Shown: in pieces, positions 14,731 through 16,030 of the stretch
Layout: every line of letters begins with the position of its first letter
How positions within the stretch are numbered: position 1 is the stretch's first letter
Source: Elusimicrobiota bacterium
GTDB lineage: Bacteria > Elusimicrobiota > Endomicrobiia > CG1-02-37-114 > JAHJSO01
DNA length: 16,030 nt
Assembly (NCBI GenBank): GCA_043826435.1
Contig: JBDRQF010000021.1
Span: forward strand, 1 to 16,030
Reading direction: 5' to 3'
Notes under the pieces: model-generated
Told to the model about the DNA's origin: nothing
The model's database searches: none
The model's input: only the letters and a program-made list of their open reading frames with translations
Position numbers and translations under genes: made by a program

Positions 14731-16030
14731 ATGGGTGGAATAAAATTAAATATTCAGTCAACCTGTCATTGCGAACGAAGTGAAGCAATCTCATGTATTC
14801 AGTCAACCTGTCATTGCGAGGAGCGACAGCGACGAAGCAATCTCACCGCCCTTTCGTGCTTCGCAATGACAACATGGTGCACTGTTGTCCTGTGCCTCCT
14901 GCTGAACAGCGGGCTTGTTTATTGCGACTTTGAAGACATCGGTCACAGCGCTCGTGCAATAGGCATGGGTAACACCTACACGGGGCTTGCCGACGACGCC
15001 AATGCCGTGTTTTACAACCCTGCTGGACTGCGTATGCTTAGTTGTGCCGAATTGAGTTCGTCTTACAGCAAGCTCTGGTGGGGACTGAAGGACATAAGCG
15101 AGGAGCATACGATAGGCGACGGGGCGGTATCCTTTGCATACCCCACCGAGAAATACGGCACGCTTGGCATAGGGCTTATGAACATGGCCGTGGGCGGGCT
15201 GTATTCCGAAAGCGTCTATGCCTTTTCATATGCGAGGACGTTTTCAGGGAACATTTTCGGCGGATTAACCTTAAAACTTCTGAATAAAGGTTACGGCCAG
15301 ACCTCCGACACTACTAACGCGTGGAACAATGCCCGGAAAGCCAGTAATAAACCAGACCCTGTTTTTGACCAGGATTATTCCAAGGGCGGTTTTTCCGTTG
15401 ACCTCGGTGTGCTGTATAAACTCCATGACTCAAACGTATTTGGATTATCCCTTTCAGATATAAACCAGCCGAACATGGACCTGCAGGACGAGACAACGAA
15501 GATTCCTCTGGGGGTAAAAGTCGGGTATGCATACAAGAGACCTATGGTCGTGTTCGCCACCGACATAAAGAACCGCGGCAAGGACACATCAGTGAGTTTG
15601 GGTGTAGAGCGCTGGGTGCACAGGACGTTTGCAGTCCGCGGCGGGCTGGATATCGGCTCAAGGGACTACCGGACGGTTTCGCTGGGGTTCGGCTACCGCG
15701 CCAGCAGGTTTATCGGCGCCGACTACTCGTTCATGTATCCTCTTTCAGGCATTGTGAACACCTACGGCACTCACAGGTTTTCTTTGTCCGTGAGGTTCGG
15801 CAGGGGCTACACCCTTTCTACGACGGACGCTTCGGAAGAGGTTGAGTTGCTCAGGTATGAGATAGAGTCCCTCATGGGCCGTTTAGAAAGCGCCGGCATA
15901 AAGGACGTGCGTTCCGCATCAACCGTCCCCGGCACGATCAAACTGGACGAGAAAAAGATATCCACGATATTTGACGAGGGTATGACTTTCTATATTGCAG
16001 GCAAGTACGACGAGGCGATAGCGAAGTTCG
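14731..16030 (+). CDS. PorV/PorP(SprF)-like outer-membrane beta-barrel with a C-terminal TPR extension, 3' end outside window
   Basis: Open frame from ATG 14731 (AGGT at 14720-14723) to the window end; absent from the ORF track. SARAIGMGNTYTGLADDANAVFYNPAGL, DLGVLY, DINQPN, LGVERW, AVRGG, DYSFMYPLSG, GTHRFSLSVRFG (barrel end about 15801), then TPR-like FDEGMTFYIAGKYDEAIAKF. Confidence 0.88.
   Translation, partial: MGGIKLNIQSTCHCERSEAISCIQSTCHCEERQRRSNLTALSCFAMTTWCTVVLCLLLNSGLVYCDFEDIGHSARAIGMGNTYTGLADDANAVFYNPAGLRMLSCAELSSSYSKLWWGLKDISEEHTIGDGAVSFAYPTEKYGTLGIGLMNMAVGGLYSESVYAFSYARTFSGNIFGGLTLKLLNKGYGQTSDTTNAWNNARKASNKPDPVFDQDYSKGGFSVDLGVLYKLHDSNVFGLSLSDINQPNMDLQDETTKIPLGVKVGYAYKRPMVVFATDIKNRGKDTSVSLGVERWVHRTFAVRGGLDIGSRDYRTVSLGFGYRASRFIGADYSFMYPLSGIVNTYGTHRFSLSVRFGRGYTLSTTDASEEVELLRYEIESLMGRLESAGIKDVRSASTVPGTIKLDEKKISTIFDEGMTFYIAGKYDEAIAKF
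14751..14871 (+). repeat. RPE/REP-like palindromic element (GTCATTGCGA...GAAGCAATCTC...TCGCAATGAC) with a duplicated left arm
   Basis: TATTCAGTCAACCTGTCATTGCGA at 14751-14774 and 14796-14819 (45-bp period). GAAGCAATCTCA at 14782-14793 and 14834-14845. TGTCATTGCGA is the exact reverse complement of TCGCAATGACA at 14861-14871. Confidence 0.85.

Noticed and set aside
14751..14845. Mini CRISPR array (24-bp repeat at 45-bp period)
   Set aside because: There are only two copies, the intervening sequences are similar to each other, no cas genes are present, and the unit is half of a palindromic element within an ORF.
3686..15587. Numerous short antisense or alternate-frame ORFs in the track (e.g. 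4384-4905, 5398-5868, 6822-7130, 11288-11641, 14803-15108, 15042-15287)
   Set aside because: They are shadows of well-supported genes, with no recognisable motifs or translation signals.

Overview
Bacterial, probably diderm, genomic window with two compositional halves. The left part (1 to about 3100) is AT-rich and accessory. It holds the 3' end and right inverted repeat of an IS3-family element, a membrane-anchored coiled-coil Mrr-type nuclease, an orphan membrane protein, and a near-consensus promoter with a triple operator driving a winged-helix protein coupled to an RNase HI-like gene. The right part is higher in GC. It holds a complete App/Opp/Dpp-type peptide ABC transporter operon ending in a tRNA nucleotidyltransferase with a CC-adding signature. 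A convergent block follows: birA, a BirA-type operator, a TonB-dependent receptor and an alpha/beta hydrolase. A divergent unit encodes a stand-alone T9SS type-B-like C-terminal domain protein and a PorV/PorP-like barrel with a TPR that runs off the window. Most notable: (1) a BirA operator-like palindrome directly upstream of a TonB-dependent receptor, suggesting biotin-regulated outer-membrane uptake; (2) an RPE/REP-like palindromic repeat inserted in frame into the barrel's signal peptide; (3) a candidate membrane-tethered defence nuclease; (4) a CC-adding rather than CCA-adding enzyme. The gene content is reminiscent of Elusimicrobia-like lineages, which is inference only. All family calls come from motif recognition by eye; no database search was run.
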